Shown: positions 26,961-43,487 of the stretch, piece after piece
Numbering within the stretch: the stretch's first letter is position 1
Layout: the number at the start of each line of letters is the position of its first letter
Assembly: GCA_964057225.1 (NCBI GenBank)
Contig: OZ059896.1
Location: 9,052,001-9,116,000, forward strand
Direction of reading: 5' to 3'
Origin: Auanema rhodensis
Lineage: Eukaryota > Animalia > Nematoda
DNA length: 64,000 bases
Notes under the pieces: generated by a model
Databases searched by the model: none
The model's input: only the letters and a program-made list of their open reading frames with translations
Told to the model about the DNA's origin: nothing
Translations under genes and position numbers: made by a program

Positions 26961-29900
26961 AGTAACGAGTGTGAGGAGAAAGCAAAGAAAAAGATTGAAA
27001 CCTATAAGCTAGGAAACGTGATAATGACATTTTTTGCTTGATCTTTTTGACAACTTCATGCTTTTAACGTTTACAATTTATTTTCAATTTTACGAATTAA
27101 ATTCAACTTTGCAGAAATAAAACTGTAGTTTGCTGACAAGCAATTTTGTTGTTTCAAATTAAAATTGGGAAATACAAATAGCATCAAGCATGCACATTCA
27201 TTGAAACAATGAAGCAATTTGGGATTTTTGCGAAACAAGTAATTTCATCGGAATAGACAGAGATCAAAAATGGTCAGACATGCCAGCATTTATTAACGAG
27301 CTTTTCATAGAGCAACATACTCTTTTCTTTGAGTTGGCCGGATCACGACAAGGGCAGGATGGACATCTGGTCTGTTTTCCTTCTTTCTTTACTATCTGCT
27401 CCGTCTACAGCTTCGTCGCAGGCTGCTGTTGTTTCTCTTGGTTCGAATGGTGATTATGTGTATGGCTTCTGGCAAGATAGCAATTGGCCGTTGTCTTGAT
27501 TAATCGACAATGAGCAAATAGTTTGTGGCCCTCTTCCCCAGCTCTTCCCTCCTCCTCTCCCTCTGCCAACATTTGGAACAACAATTTAAAAAGAGCTGAA
27601 TCATTAATTAGGGTAATGAGTTTGTGCAGCCAAAACTATTGAGTATTCTACACTGATTAAATATAAAAAATTTGACTAATAAATCTGAAAACATTGAAAA
27701 TAAGAATATATATATATATATGAATTGAAGCGTTCATTGAAACGTTTTGATCATTTGGAATGAAGAAAAGGAATAACTATTAAATGAAAATTGATGTTCA
27801 CGTGAGATAGTACATATTGAATGAACTGAATTTAAATAATGATTGAGAATATAGAATATACGAATCAGTTGTTCATATTTCTTAGAGCAAAGATTAAATA
27901 AAGAATAAAGACGTTAATTTAATTAAATGAATATATACAATCTTATATTACAGAAGAAACATTCCATGAATGAAGTTTTTTTCAGTAACAATAGATAAGT
28001 TTTAAACTGCAAATGTTCTTTATAATCTAAAGTTGAAGTTGTTCGATTGATGAATATTCTCTTCATCTTTCATCAGCTTCAATAATATTTCTTTTTATCT
28101 TTTCTGACACCCTCAATGTTTCTTTTATTTTTGAAAAGAGAGAAATAGAATTCTCCAAGAGGATTTAATCTGTAACGTAAGATGTTTCAAGATTCAAATG
28201 CTCATATAAGAGCACTTCTAAAACAATACAATTGGAAACAACAAAAGATAAAAGATGATGATCAAATCGAAATAAGAGAATCTCTTTTAACAATTTTCTT
28301 TCCAAACATCTACAAATCCATGTTCATATTCAAGTTATTTCTATTCCTTTTCATCCTCATAACGTCTACAATTCTGAATAAATGGGGTTTAATACATCAG
28401 AAAAGAAGAAATTATTATATATACATACATTTATATATATATATATATATATATACACTATATGTATATGAAAAGTGGAAGAAATGCAAAATATTTTTTG
28501 AATTTTCGTTTTTTTTACAAAAAATCTGTTGATCGTATGTGGTCTATTAGATTTATTGAATATTAAGTCTTTTTTTTGCTCATTTTGCTCATAAAACTAA
28601 AATTTCAAACAAATTGTATTATCTTTTCTCTGTTAAATAGTTTGACTTAATCAGTTCTCTTTAATGAAAACTTTTAGAAAGAGCAGAACAATATATGTAA
28701 AGCTTCCCGGACGTTAGTTTAGTTTTTCTGGGACAAAAAAAAATTAAAACAAAATCTTTGAGATTATATTGAAAAGCTTCCAATAGGAATAGAACTCAAC
28801 TTACATCGACAAGAAATATTTTTTTTTTTTCATAAAACTTAGATTTAGTTGGATTTAAGTCATAGATCTATGTAAGCAGAAAAACAGGAAAATGTAAGAA
28901 GAATGGTTTTGATTTGTAAATTCCACTCTTCTTAAATCCATATGTTTCACATGATTTCAATAAATATTTCTCTTCTCTCTGTTAATATAGTTGATAGAAA
29001 TAAAGAAATTACACAACAAAACAAAAAGTTATATTAATAAAATATGTTTATATAATATGTTTATATACATATAGTATAATTTTTATAATTTTTATTATAA
29101 AATTTTTATATTTGGGCAGCTTTCGCATAATTAATCTCCAATGTTAAAACCGAATTTTTCGAAAAAATTTAGATGTCAGATCATCACACTTCTCTTGAAA
29201 TATTGGTGTGAAAATTTTCAGCCACGAACAGCTCGGCTAGCATCACAGGATTGAAAAAAAAATTAAATTTAACGCCAATTCGAAGGTATTGAAAATAATT
29301 TTTTTTGAATAAAATGAAAAAAAAACCTAACAGTTGTTGGAATTTAGCAGTTTCTAACGATATTATAATTCACTATTTCATATATAGTAATTGTGGTTGT
29401 ATTTGATATACAAAAAGATGATATTCATTGTTTATAGCTTAGGCTTTGTACAAATGTTCCTTCTCTAGTCTTAGCCAATGTTGATAATAGGCTATCATGC
29501 TATCTTGACAAAATTTGAAAGGAACGAGAATCTTACGAGAAAGAGAGAGCATGTTCTATGTTCTTCTTCTTCTTCTTCTTTTTCAAATTGAAGATATGTT
29601 TAGAGCAGATGACGGATAAATCGCTCTCAACACATCAAGACATGCCTTATTCAAGAATTTTGTGAGAGTGACATTCAGATTTCAAATCAGGTATCATGAA
29701 TCGGGATCCTAACTGGAATTTGTGGCTTCATCTCAGCTATAACGTTTATCATTTTATATGGAATTTATTATTATCAGCATCATGATGATATTATATCATG
29801 ATAATCACAGCATGTTCAAGTTGTTCTATTCTGGTAAGGTGGCTTGTGCCCTATCTCGCCAATGACCTCTTTATTCCCGTAAAAAGACCAGCTATCTAGC

Positions 29901-30059
29901 CAGTTTTCGTCTTCAGTTTGACTTCACCTAAGACACTCCCCCTCTTCTTTTAATCAGTTGAAGTTAAGCTCCCTCAAGCGCTTGACGATCATCTACAACC
30001 TGAGAGCTCCCTGAATTGATTAAGCATCGATAGTTTGATTATTCATTGAGTATATTATA

Positions 30060-31072
30060 ATGAACCGTTCAATTCTCATCGCTGTCATAGCCCTCGTTGC
30101 ATCAGCCTCTGCTTGGGATCGTCCCAGTAAGTTTCAAAAAATTCCTTCCGCCATCTGATTATTTCTAAATTTCCAAATAACTCATTCTTATACTTTTTTT
30201 TAACATTCAATCTTAAAATTAATTTTACATCTCATAACTATTACTTTAGGCCATTGGGGAAATCCATGCTACTTATGCAAATGTTTCATTGAATATACTG
30301 ATCGTGATGTTGCATCTCATATCAGACCTTATGCTATGGCCTTAGATGGATATGATTCAACTGAAGATCGTTGCTTAGCCACCTGTCAACGTGACCCCGT
30401 AAGATACTTTTCCTAATCATTAAAAAAAAGGAAAAAAAGCGAAAAAGCGCTAAATGTTTGATAAAGTGACGGATAGAAATTGAAATGAATTTTCACTTTT
30501 TTTCATATAATGACATGTTCTCATGTTTTTTTTTTTCAGAAATGCCGAGCTGCTGTTTATGGTATGGTAGGTGGAAGACAAGTATTCACCTGTGAATTCT
30601 ATGAAGAGGTATATTTATTAATTGTTTTATTTTTATTATTTTAATGTTATAGATTGATGCTCATAATTCTCCTGTGTATACTTCATTCAGCAATATTTAT
30701 TATAAGAGAGCTACATGCCCATTGTCAAGTAAGCTTTTTTCTTGTTATTCTTCAAATAATATAATATTATATATTTCACTTAATATAATTTTATATTTCA
30801 AAAATACTATTATTAATTTTTTAATTCAAATGTTATTGCTTAAATCAAATAGCTAAGATCATAAGAAACATTGTTTTCCTATTTATACCTTATTCACTCT
30901 TCCATACCTATTCTCTTATCAGATATATTGAATTCACTTATTCAGATAATCAAAATTATTTTCAGATACTCATCTTCCTTCCGTTACCATGATTCCAGCT
31001 GATGATTCATCTGTTAAGAGACGAGTAAAGAAAGAAAAGAAGATGGGAAGAAAAAATCCATTCTTTGGTTAA
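30060..31072 (+). CDS. Small secreted cysteine-rich PAN/Apple-like protein (5 exons)
   Basis: Signal peptide MNRSILIAVIALVASASA, then NPCYLCKCF...EDRCLATCQRDP/KCRAAVY...FTCEFYE (PAN C-x3-C-x5-C...C pattern); ends KKMGRKNPFFG*. Confidence 0.85.
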
Positions 31073-34000
31073 ATTTCTAATATTTTGACGACTAGATCTC
31101 CATGATCTGATAATTATTTAATTATATGATTAATAAATATTATTTATATATAACTTTTTTCTTAATTTGAAGAAAAAAAGATAAATTTTATAATAATTTC
31201 TAGTAATTTCTAGTAATTTCAAATAATAAAATTATAATAATTATATCTACATATGTTTGAACTATTGTACAACCGCTCATTAAAAAGTGAAAAGATGAAA
31301 ATGAACATTTCAAACGATTTGTCTGTTCTTATTACGTGAAAGGTCACGTTGAATAAGAGTGTCACTTGTTCATATTTCATCAACTTCACCCGATTAAATC
31401 TCATCAGAAAACGATTATTTTTCATTTTCTAAAAACTATTTAATGAATTGAACACAGACTTTTTTGATCTTTTAAAACATAGAAAAAACTATAAGATATT
31501 CCAATTAAATATTATACTAAATGGATTTTTAAAGAAAAATTTTTTTTTTCAAAATTCTAATCTCAATTAGAATTAGAATGGTGTCTATTTTATTTTATTT
31601 TTAATAAGAAACAAAAGAAAATTAATAATTAAGTTTATAGATTTATATAATAAATACCATTTAATATGATATTCATTTTTGTATAAAATTTATTTCTCTA
31701 TTTCATTTTAAATATTATTGATTAATCTTAAAGTTTATTAATAAATCTATACATATACATACATATAAACATAATAATATACTTATATAGTTATATATAC
31801 ATATAGAAAGAAAAAAAAATATCTTCTTGACTTCACTTAATATTTGTCCTCATCAGCATGGGACAATCTATAATCCATAACTTGACTATTTCCTATTGTG
31901 ACGTGACATCAATTTATTTGTTCATGCTTTATACATGTCAGACATATTTTTTTCAGGTTGATCTATTGTACTTTAACTATAATAGATTGATATACATATA
32001 GTTATATATATTTATAAATAAATAAATATAAAACAAAATACTTTTTTTTTTGATATTTCGAATAAGAATATTCAATTTTTATTGATTATATAATTAACCT
32101 TTTTAAACTTATTATCCTTTGTAATTGAGAGAAAATAAAGCATTTATACTATTACTGTTGCACATATTTAATTTGAACCTTATGCTCAAATCTCATTTAA
32201 TATGAATCTTAATATAAACATTATAAGATTGACAAGAATTCTATTATACACGAGTTAGTAGTAAGAAGTTAGTTTTTTTTTTGTAAAATTGAAGCATTCC
32301 TCTGTATGTTGATTAATCCAACAGCTTTTTACTGGAACGATGTATCGAAATCGCTAATATGTAGTTCTATTGCTCATTAATCCCGATTATTGAAATAACA
32401 ATCTGTCTAATAGTTTATATAATACATACATGTTAAAGAGGAAAAGATTGAAAGCCATATTTATATTTCTAACTTGAAAGCTGGAAGTAAATATTGGATA
32501 AATTTAGAAATTTTAAATATATCATCTATTAATAGATATAGTTATTTTAAAAATTACAAGATTTCTTTGCTTATATCTAACTATATAGGTTTATATAAAT
32601 ATATATGATATATAGATAGTATAGTATACTATGTATGTCAATGAATGACATTTTGTGATGCGAGATCACAGCATGAGTCCTATCCTCTACTAAGTAACAT
32701 GTACATAAATACAGATTGTTATCCTCTTTGAGGAATAAAAATTCCTTAGAGAATATGATTGAGAAATTATTTGAATATATATTGTATAACATAATATATT
32801 ATCTATATTATAATTAATTATAATAGAAATTCCCTTAGGATATGTGAACCATGATCATTTTCTGCTTCACCTTCTAATTCCTCTTCTTCACGTTATTCTA
32901 TTCATATTCAATATTCTTATCAAAAGACGTTAAAGCTGTTACATTGAAAGCTTTATCAATTCCAGTAAAAAATGTGAATGAAGAAGAAGAAGTTTTCTTT
33001 TCTCTAAACTTACATCAGAAACTATATGTAAATTCATATAATTCCATTGATTTAGTCATAACTATGCTACTGGATGATGTAAATACAGAGATAACAATCT
33101 ATGTATTGATCTTGAGAATCAGATTTATTTCTGACACTTGCTTTAATATGTTTAATCATATTTTACTTATACCATATACTATTCATATATTTCTAATAAA
33201 AAATTTCAAAAAAAAAAGAGATAAATGAAAGAATAATAGAATAAATATTTCAAAGATAAGCTCATTGAAAGATGAAAAGTTAAAGGGATTATATGGTATA
33301 TATAAAAAAAATTCATTTAATACTAATTTAAAATATATATTGCTAAAGAGTAATATATAATATTATAATATAATATTAAACAATAAACTTTTTTTCAAAC
33401 TCTTCAAATTAAATTTAAATTTTAAAAGAAATTACCGTATATTTGAAAAAAAAACTAAAATCACATCAATTTATATAAGAAGTTCTGTTGTAATATGTAT
33501 ATACTATAAGTCATATTTCAATATTATATTTCAGATTTATGAACGTCTAACTCAGATTGTCATCTATCAAATATTCCATACATATAGGTAAAGGTTCATT
33601 TCAGTGAAATTACCCAAAAGTCAATCGTCGTCGTACTCTCACCAAGTCGTTTGACGTGATCTCATGTTGTTGATTTACGTCATAGCATATTGCATATGCA
33701 ATGACGCAACAGTTTCTGGACATTAAAAGTCTATAAACTAAAGCATATTCCGAATAAGTTGATGTCAATAGAAATTAGAGATTTATATAAATTTATATTT
33801 TGGTATCATATTTATTATACATATAGTTAATGTAAAATATTATTTTAATAAAGAAATTTATATATTGTTAAATAAATTTATTATATCTTTACATTTCTTG
33901 TCGATTTTAACCTTTATATTATTTTTCTTCAATCTCTTTCTACATCTCTCTCTCTCTTTCTCTTTTATTCTTTTATTTATTAAAGGAAAGATATCGAAAG

Positions 34001-35227
34001 ATTTGTACTCAACATGTCCTTCTTCAATCTTCTTCACACATATAGCATTGCGTGTTTGAGAAGCTTGTCGATGTAAAGATTCTTTTATTTATTGTTTCAT
34101 CATCTTCTTGATATTTGATATAGTATTTCACAGATTTTCTTCAATATATGTATTTATTCATGTATACAGTAGTCATAACCTGTACAGTGCAAGTTTTGAT
34201 TTACTAAGTTATATTATTCTGTTTCTCTATATATTCTCTGTTATAATACATTACTTTCTTTATGCTATAACTTGTCATTTTTACTTCATTCAGCTATATC
34301 TCTTCACACCTTCTTCACAGTTTTCCCAATGGCTTTTCTAAAGCCTGCTTTCCTTTTGCCAAAAGCAAGACTTATGCCGAGGTGTAATGAGTTACTCAAG
34401 GTGTTGTCGCGTTCTCCCGCCTTTGGTATATTGGGAAAAGTAATAATAGCTTGTTCATACAAGAGACTTTAGAGAAAAAAGTTTTCGACTCTCTAAAGAG
34501 GCGTGGCTAACCAAAACATCATCAAAACTATTCCTACATCCACAATCAGTATCTGAAGCATTCCTAGCTCACTTCACTTCATCTATCCTAAACTGTATCT
34601 CTAATATCTTTATACAATATTATATGTTTTTATCTATAGAGAAAAGGGGATGGGTTTGGCTTATTGCCAACCAATTACGGTCCCCGAAGGACGGGTTTGT
34701 GGGCGTGTCAGGTTGACCCTAGGCAAGCTTACCATCTGTTCTTCCCCAGTTGAGTTATCGCTCTTTCTTCTTCTCTTACTTTGTCTGCCTATCTCTCATT
34801 TATCTATACTTATAATTCCACTTATGTGTGTCCTCATAAGAATTCTATATCTGACAGAAGACAACATCATCCATCTAGTCTTCTCATCCTTTTTCCACCC
34901 TTGATGCTTCTACAAGAAATACCTTCATTCTTGTTAACCTTGATTATTTCAATAAATTTCTAATTAAATCTAATTAACGGAGTTTTTATAAAGTTCAATG
35001 AAACACATGTCATTAATAACCATTTACTATTTCTTCTATTCAATATCCTTAATTGTATTTCCTGTTGATGAATTTTGACTTTTGGTTGTCATGGTAATCT
35101 TCTTATTATTTTTAATATCTCACTTCTTCTTAATTATAATTGTTTTCTCATATAGTTATAGCTTTTTCTATATTTATCTTTCAACCAATATGATTCTTCA
35201 TTCTATTCATTTTAGAATAAATTTAAC

Positions 35228-36413
35228 ATGTCTGATCAAGAGAAAGTAGAAATGGAGCACGTTCCACTCAAATCTGATACTGATGCTCCAGCTTCCACTG
35301 AAGAAACACCAGCTAAGGCTGAAACTGTTTCTGAACCAAAGAAGGGATGGTTCTTCTCTCGCAAGGTTCGTCAACCACTTCAATTTTCAAATAAATATAT
35401 CTATCGAAAAACACTAAAAACATTTTCGCATATTGAAAGTCATCAAAAGACCAAGTAGGACCAACCGAGACAAAATTAGTTTGATCGGTTTGTCGGTCTT
35501 TGCTCTGTCTTGGTTGTTCTCCCACTCAAGCTCCTGCTTCCAAATATCCCATCTAATAATTTCCGAGCTGGTTTTTGTACTGAAATTTCATTACTGCAAA
35601 GTAATATCAGCTTACTATGAAAATTAGGGATTGTAAAGCTAAATAAGGCCAAAATTTGAATAGAGCCCACATGGTCATAAGCAGTTTCAAACGAAATGAC
35701 TACTTTTTATTGCTCTTCTGCAATACTCTATTTGAGTAATTTCTTTTTGTTACAGGCTAAGAAACCAGCAGCTGATGTTGAAGCCGCCGGAGAAGAAACA
35801 AAGGAGGATAACAAGGAAGAAAAATGCAAGAAGAAGTGCTGGTGGAACAGAAACCAAAAATCTGAAGCTGATCAGAAGAACGATCAAATCAGCATAGGAA
35901 TTAACCTGGTTGACAGAGACGAAAAGGGAATCAGTAGCCAAGTCAACTTCGGTTACGAGGATATTTTCGGAGAATCAGAAGCTGTTCACTCATTCGACTG
36001 TCTCTGGCGTTTGGTCAACAAGACATTCATTGGCACTCGACACATTATCTACCGTATTCTTTCCTTGATTGTTGGTATTCCCGCCGCTATAATCTTCGGA
36101 TTTCTCTTTGCCATCGTTACCGTACTCAACACTTTCCTCTGTGTTCCATTCGGAAAACTCTTAACAGTACCAGGAAACTGGATTGCTATGGTACGTTTCA
36201 GTTAAAATAAGAAAAAATGCTAATTGAAAGATTATTCTGAATAATAATTTGGGTGTCTGAAATCTGAATCTTATATTTCATTCTTTTCAGTCTTGGGCAT
36301 GGCTCATCCAAGCTATCGTTCATCCAGTAACTAATGCTATTGGATTAATCTTCAGCTCCTTCACAATCAGGAAATATGGCTTCAATTCTCAAGTCACGGA
36401 ACCCCTTGTTTAA
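35228..36413 (+). CDS. cav-1: Caveolin (3 exons)
   Basis: Signature YEDIFGE..HSFDCLW, hydrophobic hairpin, and N-terminal KKGWF and KKCWW motifs as in nematode CAV-1. Confidence 0.93.
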
Positions 36414-36985
36414 AATATTTTTTTTCTCTCATCATTCATAACATTAATTACATTATTATTATTAATATTATTAATATCATCAATCTTTAGTGTATAATAT
36501 TATATACAAATCGATGATTAATAAAGATGTAAATTAAAAAACAACCAATTTTATTTATAAATAAACAAACGATTATAATGGATTTATAACAATCTATTCT
36601 CACTTTCTATTCATATTTTCTGTTGCTAAAGAGTTACAGTAGTAGTTAGTAGATTTCTGCATCTAGTTGCATAAGAAATCTGCTCCGTTGACCTTAAAAC
36701 GCGTAGAAAAGGACTTAGGGTAACAGAAGGTGAGTCAGTAAGAATTACTAAGGCTGCCACTAATTATGGTTGAATGAGAGCACACGTCATCTCAATCTGG
36801 GGTCACATTTGAATATTTGGCAATTTCCTCTCTCTTTCTCTTTTTTCTATCTCAATTTTACTCTCTCTCTCTTTCTCTCTCTCTGTATGTATATATCTTT
36901 TTCCTTTATCTATCTTTCCCTTTATATCCATATTTCTCTCAGTTTTGGTTTCTTCTCTTGCTCACTATAAGACTTTATGTATTTT

Positions 36986-38482
36986 ATTGAACACAACAGG
37001 CGTCCATAGAAAGATTTGAACAAACAGATAATATAAGTTGCTGAACAGTAGTATGTATTGTACTTCTACGACAAATGCTAATACTATATATAGACGTTGA
37101 TGATTTAATCAAGCTATTACAATGATTAATACAGGTTTAGTCTTAATAATCTAGAAAGTTTGATCATTTCATACCATATAATAAAGAAAAATTGAAGAAA
37201 TACATATCTTTATATAAGTTAAATTGAATACTAATAATATTTTATATTGTTTTACTAATGAACTTTTTAAAGAACATATCTTATGAAACATACTGTTAAA
37301 GTAAAATTGAAGGCTACGCCCGAAATAAGCTTTTATATCTTTAGAAACAGTTGTTTAATCGGCATATTCCTTTGAAGATAAAACAGCAAATATAATAAGT
37401 TTTGATAAACATTACAGCAACTTGTTTTAATTCCTAAAAACACTTTCCACTTTCATATTTGAATTATAGTTTCAAACTTTCGAAAGCATTTCGAATAACA
37501 TTTCCATCAAAGGCATTTCTTGCTATTTCTTCTTCTTCATATAATCTTTTCTGTCTTTCCTATGAACTGTTATGTCAGTTTTGAATAAATTAACCATCGT
37601 TTGGTTTTTAAACATGTCTTATGGATTCAAATTATTATTTTTGAGACGACGGTTCAAGTTAAAACAAATATACAATACTGTCGACACATCCATCTATTTC
37701 ATCTGCACATTTACTATCTGCGTTGCATACTGCAAAACAGATGTTCGCATCTGTATACACGAAAGAGTTGTAACCTAATACATAGCACATCACATTAGAC
37801 AAGCAGCAGCTTTACTTTTCACCAGATACTATATAGGGTTCGAGAACAAATAATTTTTATAAACTTGCAATGCTATATATCCTTATAAGAAACCTATGGT
37901 CTGGCGTCATTATTGTCATGGCGATCATTCATGATGATTCCATCTGCAGCATACCAGATGGAAAGGGCAACTGGAATGTGAGATAATGCTCAAAATCCGA
38001 AAAATTTAAAGGAGTGACCTTGGTTTAATTCAATATTCTCTACTTTCACACTTTACCAGTTACAATTTTTTCTATCAAAGATTCATGATCGAAGACATGG
38101 AAACAGATTGGTACATCAGCACATCGCCTTACAAAATCTCGTACAGTGTAAGGTGCCAATTTCGCGGCTGAGTGGAGAGCTGCTCTCTTTAATTGCAAGG
38201 CCAGGTGTATGCGCTCGAGATGCTTTGACCTAAACCGCTAGGTAATCCCTTTGAAACGGTTCAACAACAAAACAATGACAGATCAAGAAAAATTTAATAA
38301 AAGAATAATATACAGTATATAACAAGAGCCGAACTAGCAAAAACATTAGAAAGAACAGAGAGAAAACAATGAATTGGTAGTATGAAGAAGGATAATTAAA
38401 ATAATAACAACATGAATAAAACTCGGATGGTATATCTGAGTGGAAAGACATACGGAACCACAAAACTCACAGGGATGACATA
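36986..38482 (-). CDS. Putative multi-exon gene or decayed gene of unknown function downstream of sna-2
   Basis: Phase-compatible join MSSL/SKHLERIHLALQLKRAALHSAAKLAPYTVRDFVRRCADVPICFHVFDHESLIEKI, plus further exon-like blocks down to ...SVCSNLSMDACCVQ* next to AATAAA. I could not build one uninterrupted ORF. Confidence 0.35.
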
Positions 38483-38708
38483 ATCCAAAGTTAGCCTATT
38501 GTTCCGTTAGAATTTGATTGACAACCTTACATCTGAAAACAGTCAAAATAAACAATAGATTAAGAACAATGTTATGATTAATAATCTTTCTAATAAGCAA
38601 TAAACGTTTCTAATAACCGAACAAGTGACGGATAATCGGTCCAAAAGCACAGAAGAGTAATCACATATGTCCATATAGGACATTCCATCATCATTGATGC
38701 GCACATAA

Positions 38709-41353
38709 TCATAATAAAGAAATACCTACTTCTCTAAGAATATTTGCAAACAGGGTCTTTTGTTGAAGCGGCAATAAAGAGCATAATGCTAATCTATTCT
38801 CGAATAACTTGTACGCTTGCTGATTGAAAGTATTAGTTCCCTAAATTGTAAAATATATAAATACGACGGAAATGAGCCTGTTACCTTCTTTCTACGTTCC
38901 TTCTTTCTTCTTTCTCTTCGGCGAGCTCTTGCATCATTAGCAGCACCTTCATCCTCACTTCCGGATGACGATGATGACGATGAGCTGAAATAGGATTGAA
39001 ATATGATTTGAACTTGAACGCACCTGCTGGATGAAGAGTTTCTCTTCTTCTTCTTTTTTACTTCCTTCTTTTCTTCCTCACTATCTATTTCACCCTCATC
39101 TAGGACTTTAGGTGGTTTAGGAACTGGAGGTGGTTCTAAAGTATTTTTTTCAGCTTCTTCAAAGGCTTTCATAGCCTCTTGTTCCTGACAATAAAAAAGT
39201 AAATAAAATGAAACATATCATTAAGTTTACCTTCTGCATGAGATATAACTTCTTCTTTGCCATCCGTTTCTCGTACCATTCTTTTCTAGAACATGACTTC
39301 ATTTAAAAACAGAATACAACAAGGAACATACCGAATTTTTTTCGGAACTTGATCAATACTACTAAACTGATTGGCTGATTTATTAGAACCATTATTGTCT
39401 TCCTGCTTACGCATTGAAACAATCTCAGGCTCACTGGTTCGGGTTAACCTAATCAATCTTTAAGTTAATATTCTAGATGTTTCATTTACCTTGCATATGA
39501 TTCAAAACTAAGTTCTTCCCCTGCTATCATAAAATTACCATCATCATCTTCTTCTACGTCCAGGTTTCCTTGTTCTGTGGGAATTCTACAATATAAGTTA
39601 AAATAATTATTTAAGAAGATTGTTTAAATACGTTTGTCTAACAGAATTCAAAAAGGCTCCCATGCTCATTTTTAACAAGCCAGAACGAGTGTGACTGAAA
39701 TAAAACTTTACAAACAAATTTCACTAATATTTGATACGTTTTTCGTTTTTTAGGTAAGGGCATGGGCTCATAGGCAGGAGCTTCTAACAGAACTCGAGTG
39801 TCTCTCTGTACAGTACCTTCTTTCAGTACCTCTTTCTTCCACAACCTGAATAAATGAATAATACAGATAGTGAAACAAGAAAACATACTGAATCAAATGC
39901 TCTAAATGATTACGTAAGTAACCAGCTCCTGCAGTTGCCAAATGCCGATTCAAAGTTGAGAGCATTGCAGGTTTCAAAATAGTATCTGGCAACCCATTGA
40001 ATTGGCCAGATATATGATCACAGATTGCATAAAGATCTTCCACTTGCTCGAGTTCTGCCCAATTTAAACGGTTATCATTTACATACTATAACCGATAAAG
40101 AATAAGTTATTAGATTAAAAAAAGATATCAAACCTTGTCGAAAGCAATAATAATGTCATCTTCAAATATTTCTGGAGCAATAACATTGGTAGGTACATTT
40201 TCTTGATCAGTCGCATCAACTTCTCCTTCACTTAATTCTCCATCAGAATGTCTTCTTTTCTTGAAAAGGATAGAAAAATCACTATACACTAACTATAAAA
40301 AACATACAGTTCCTTTAGCTTCTGGGATAACATCAGGCACAAATGGTTGTGGCTCTCTCGCTTTCTCAACTATCTCTTTATATTGATCAACAGACAAAAG
40401 TCTGAAAAGCAGTTATTAAAAAAATTAAAATAATGTAAAATAACCTTAAAATACTTGTGCAAATTCCGTCATCTAATTCAAATCCTCGAACAGTTTCTAA
40501 TCCTTTCGTCGCGGCCTCTTCAGACACCATGATAATCTTCAAATAGTAAATATAATTAAAAAATATAATTACTTCATATACCTGAGCTTGTTGCTTATTC
40601 TGTTCTGCGGGTAAAATAGATATATTCTCGATTTCAGCACTATCTAAAACAGAATTATTCAACATTAAGGAAAGCAATAATTTCAAAAACCGAAAAAGCT
40701 AGAAATAGTGCTTGCTTTTGTTGTATTGAGTAAGTCTAGTGCATATATAGTTCGTACACGTAATTCGTCTGATTCAGGAACATTGAAAAATTGAGCTGTT
40801 GACATAACTGCTGGTTCATCTAAAATAAATTTAAAATATTTTAAATTTAATTGTTTAAATACAAAAAGCATCATCCACAATAATTGTAACAGGCTCTCCT
40901 TCAATACGTATTTTTTGAGCCTTTTTATAGGCGGCTCTAGCTTGAGGAGCATTTTCAAATATAATTTTGATAACTCCTATTTTTTCTCTCTGAAACTCAC
41001 GAACTTTGAAAAGTTACAACTATAAAACATACTTTATCAGGAACTCGGGAGAAGTAAGCGGTGAACGAGCTAGAACTAGCAAGAAATTCAACAATCTAAA
41101 TAGAAAATTAAAAAAGATAAGAAAAAATATATTTCTACATCTGGATGCATTCTCCATCCTCCTGGATGTTTCAAATGTGTTAAAGATAGGGTAGTTTGAA
41201 GTTCATGGCGTTTTTCTTCCGAATCAGATGACGGTTGGGAATCTGTTGTGTTCTGTAGATTCAAAATATTTATTACTAAATGAATACACAGCGAACCTCT
41301 GATTCCACTTTTTTTCCTTCTTCAATCTTTTCCAAATCACCTGGATCGGTCAT
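38709..41353 (-). CDS. sna-2: RRM-containing SL/SmY snRNP-associated protein (SNA-2/SL75p-like); 3' end uncertain
   Basis: About 14 exons in one frame from MTDPGDLEK through degenerate RRM-like segments, RLNWAELEQVEDLYAICDHIS...LKPAML, GNLDVEEDDDGNFMIAGEELSFE, and Lys/Ser/Arg-rich tracts. Symbol rests on recalled architecture and adjacency to cav-1 as in C. elegans. Confidence 0.7.
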
Positions 41354-41546
41354 CTAAACCAATAAGATTGAAGTTAACATCACATTAACATGTATTCAAA
41401 TAGATGAGCGAATAAAACACAGTGATAAGAATATAAAATAATTTAAAAAAAAACATTTATGTACAAAATGAAAACATGTAGAACATATATATCAACAACA
41501 ACATACGAATATACACTTATTATACGTTTGAAGTAGTTAGAACTTT
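41346..41546. repeat. Left arm of 201-bp inverted duplication (native sna-2 upstream region and start)
   Basis: Reverse complement of 44417-44617 with about 4 differences. Confidence 0.95.
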
Positions 41547-41993
41547 TTTTTTTAACTTTGTGCACCTTTTGTGTTTTTATGGTTGAAATAAATGGGATAG
41601 ACGTTAAAATACAGTTAAGATTTCGTATGGACTCTCCTTTTCAATCTGACGGAATAGGCAGAAAGTGTCATTTACGGACTTTTGTATTAGTCGTAAGGAG
41701 AAAACAGGCGTGCAATATAAAATGCTTCCACATAATAAAATTCAAATGAATGCTTCTCTCTATCCTTCAGTTAATTTTGATTACTATTAACAATTCCATT
41801 TACAGAATTTTAATTTTGTTCTTAGATTCTATGACTTTCTCCTTTTACCTGTGCCTTCGTTATCGGAAATTTAAAGTCTTTGTTACCGATAGTTAATTAA
41901 GTTAATTCATAAGAGCATTTTTAATTCTCCTCTTCTATGGATTAGATATGCACTTAGTTATAATTGGTTTTATATTTAGTAAAATTCTTATAG

Positions 41994-43487
<1,494 letters not shown>

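Noticed and set aside
27470-27500. miR-72/73-like TGGCAAGA start with a small stem
   Set aside because: Stem is only ~9 bp with an 8-nt loop, too short for a pre-miRNA.
29436-29445. 1.5 telomeric repeats (AGCCTAAGC on minus) as a telomerase template
   Set aside because: A 9-mer in any register is expected by chance, and I see no supporting pseudoknot, H/ACA domain or host intron.
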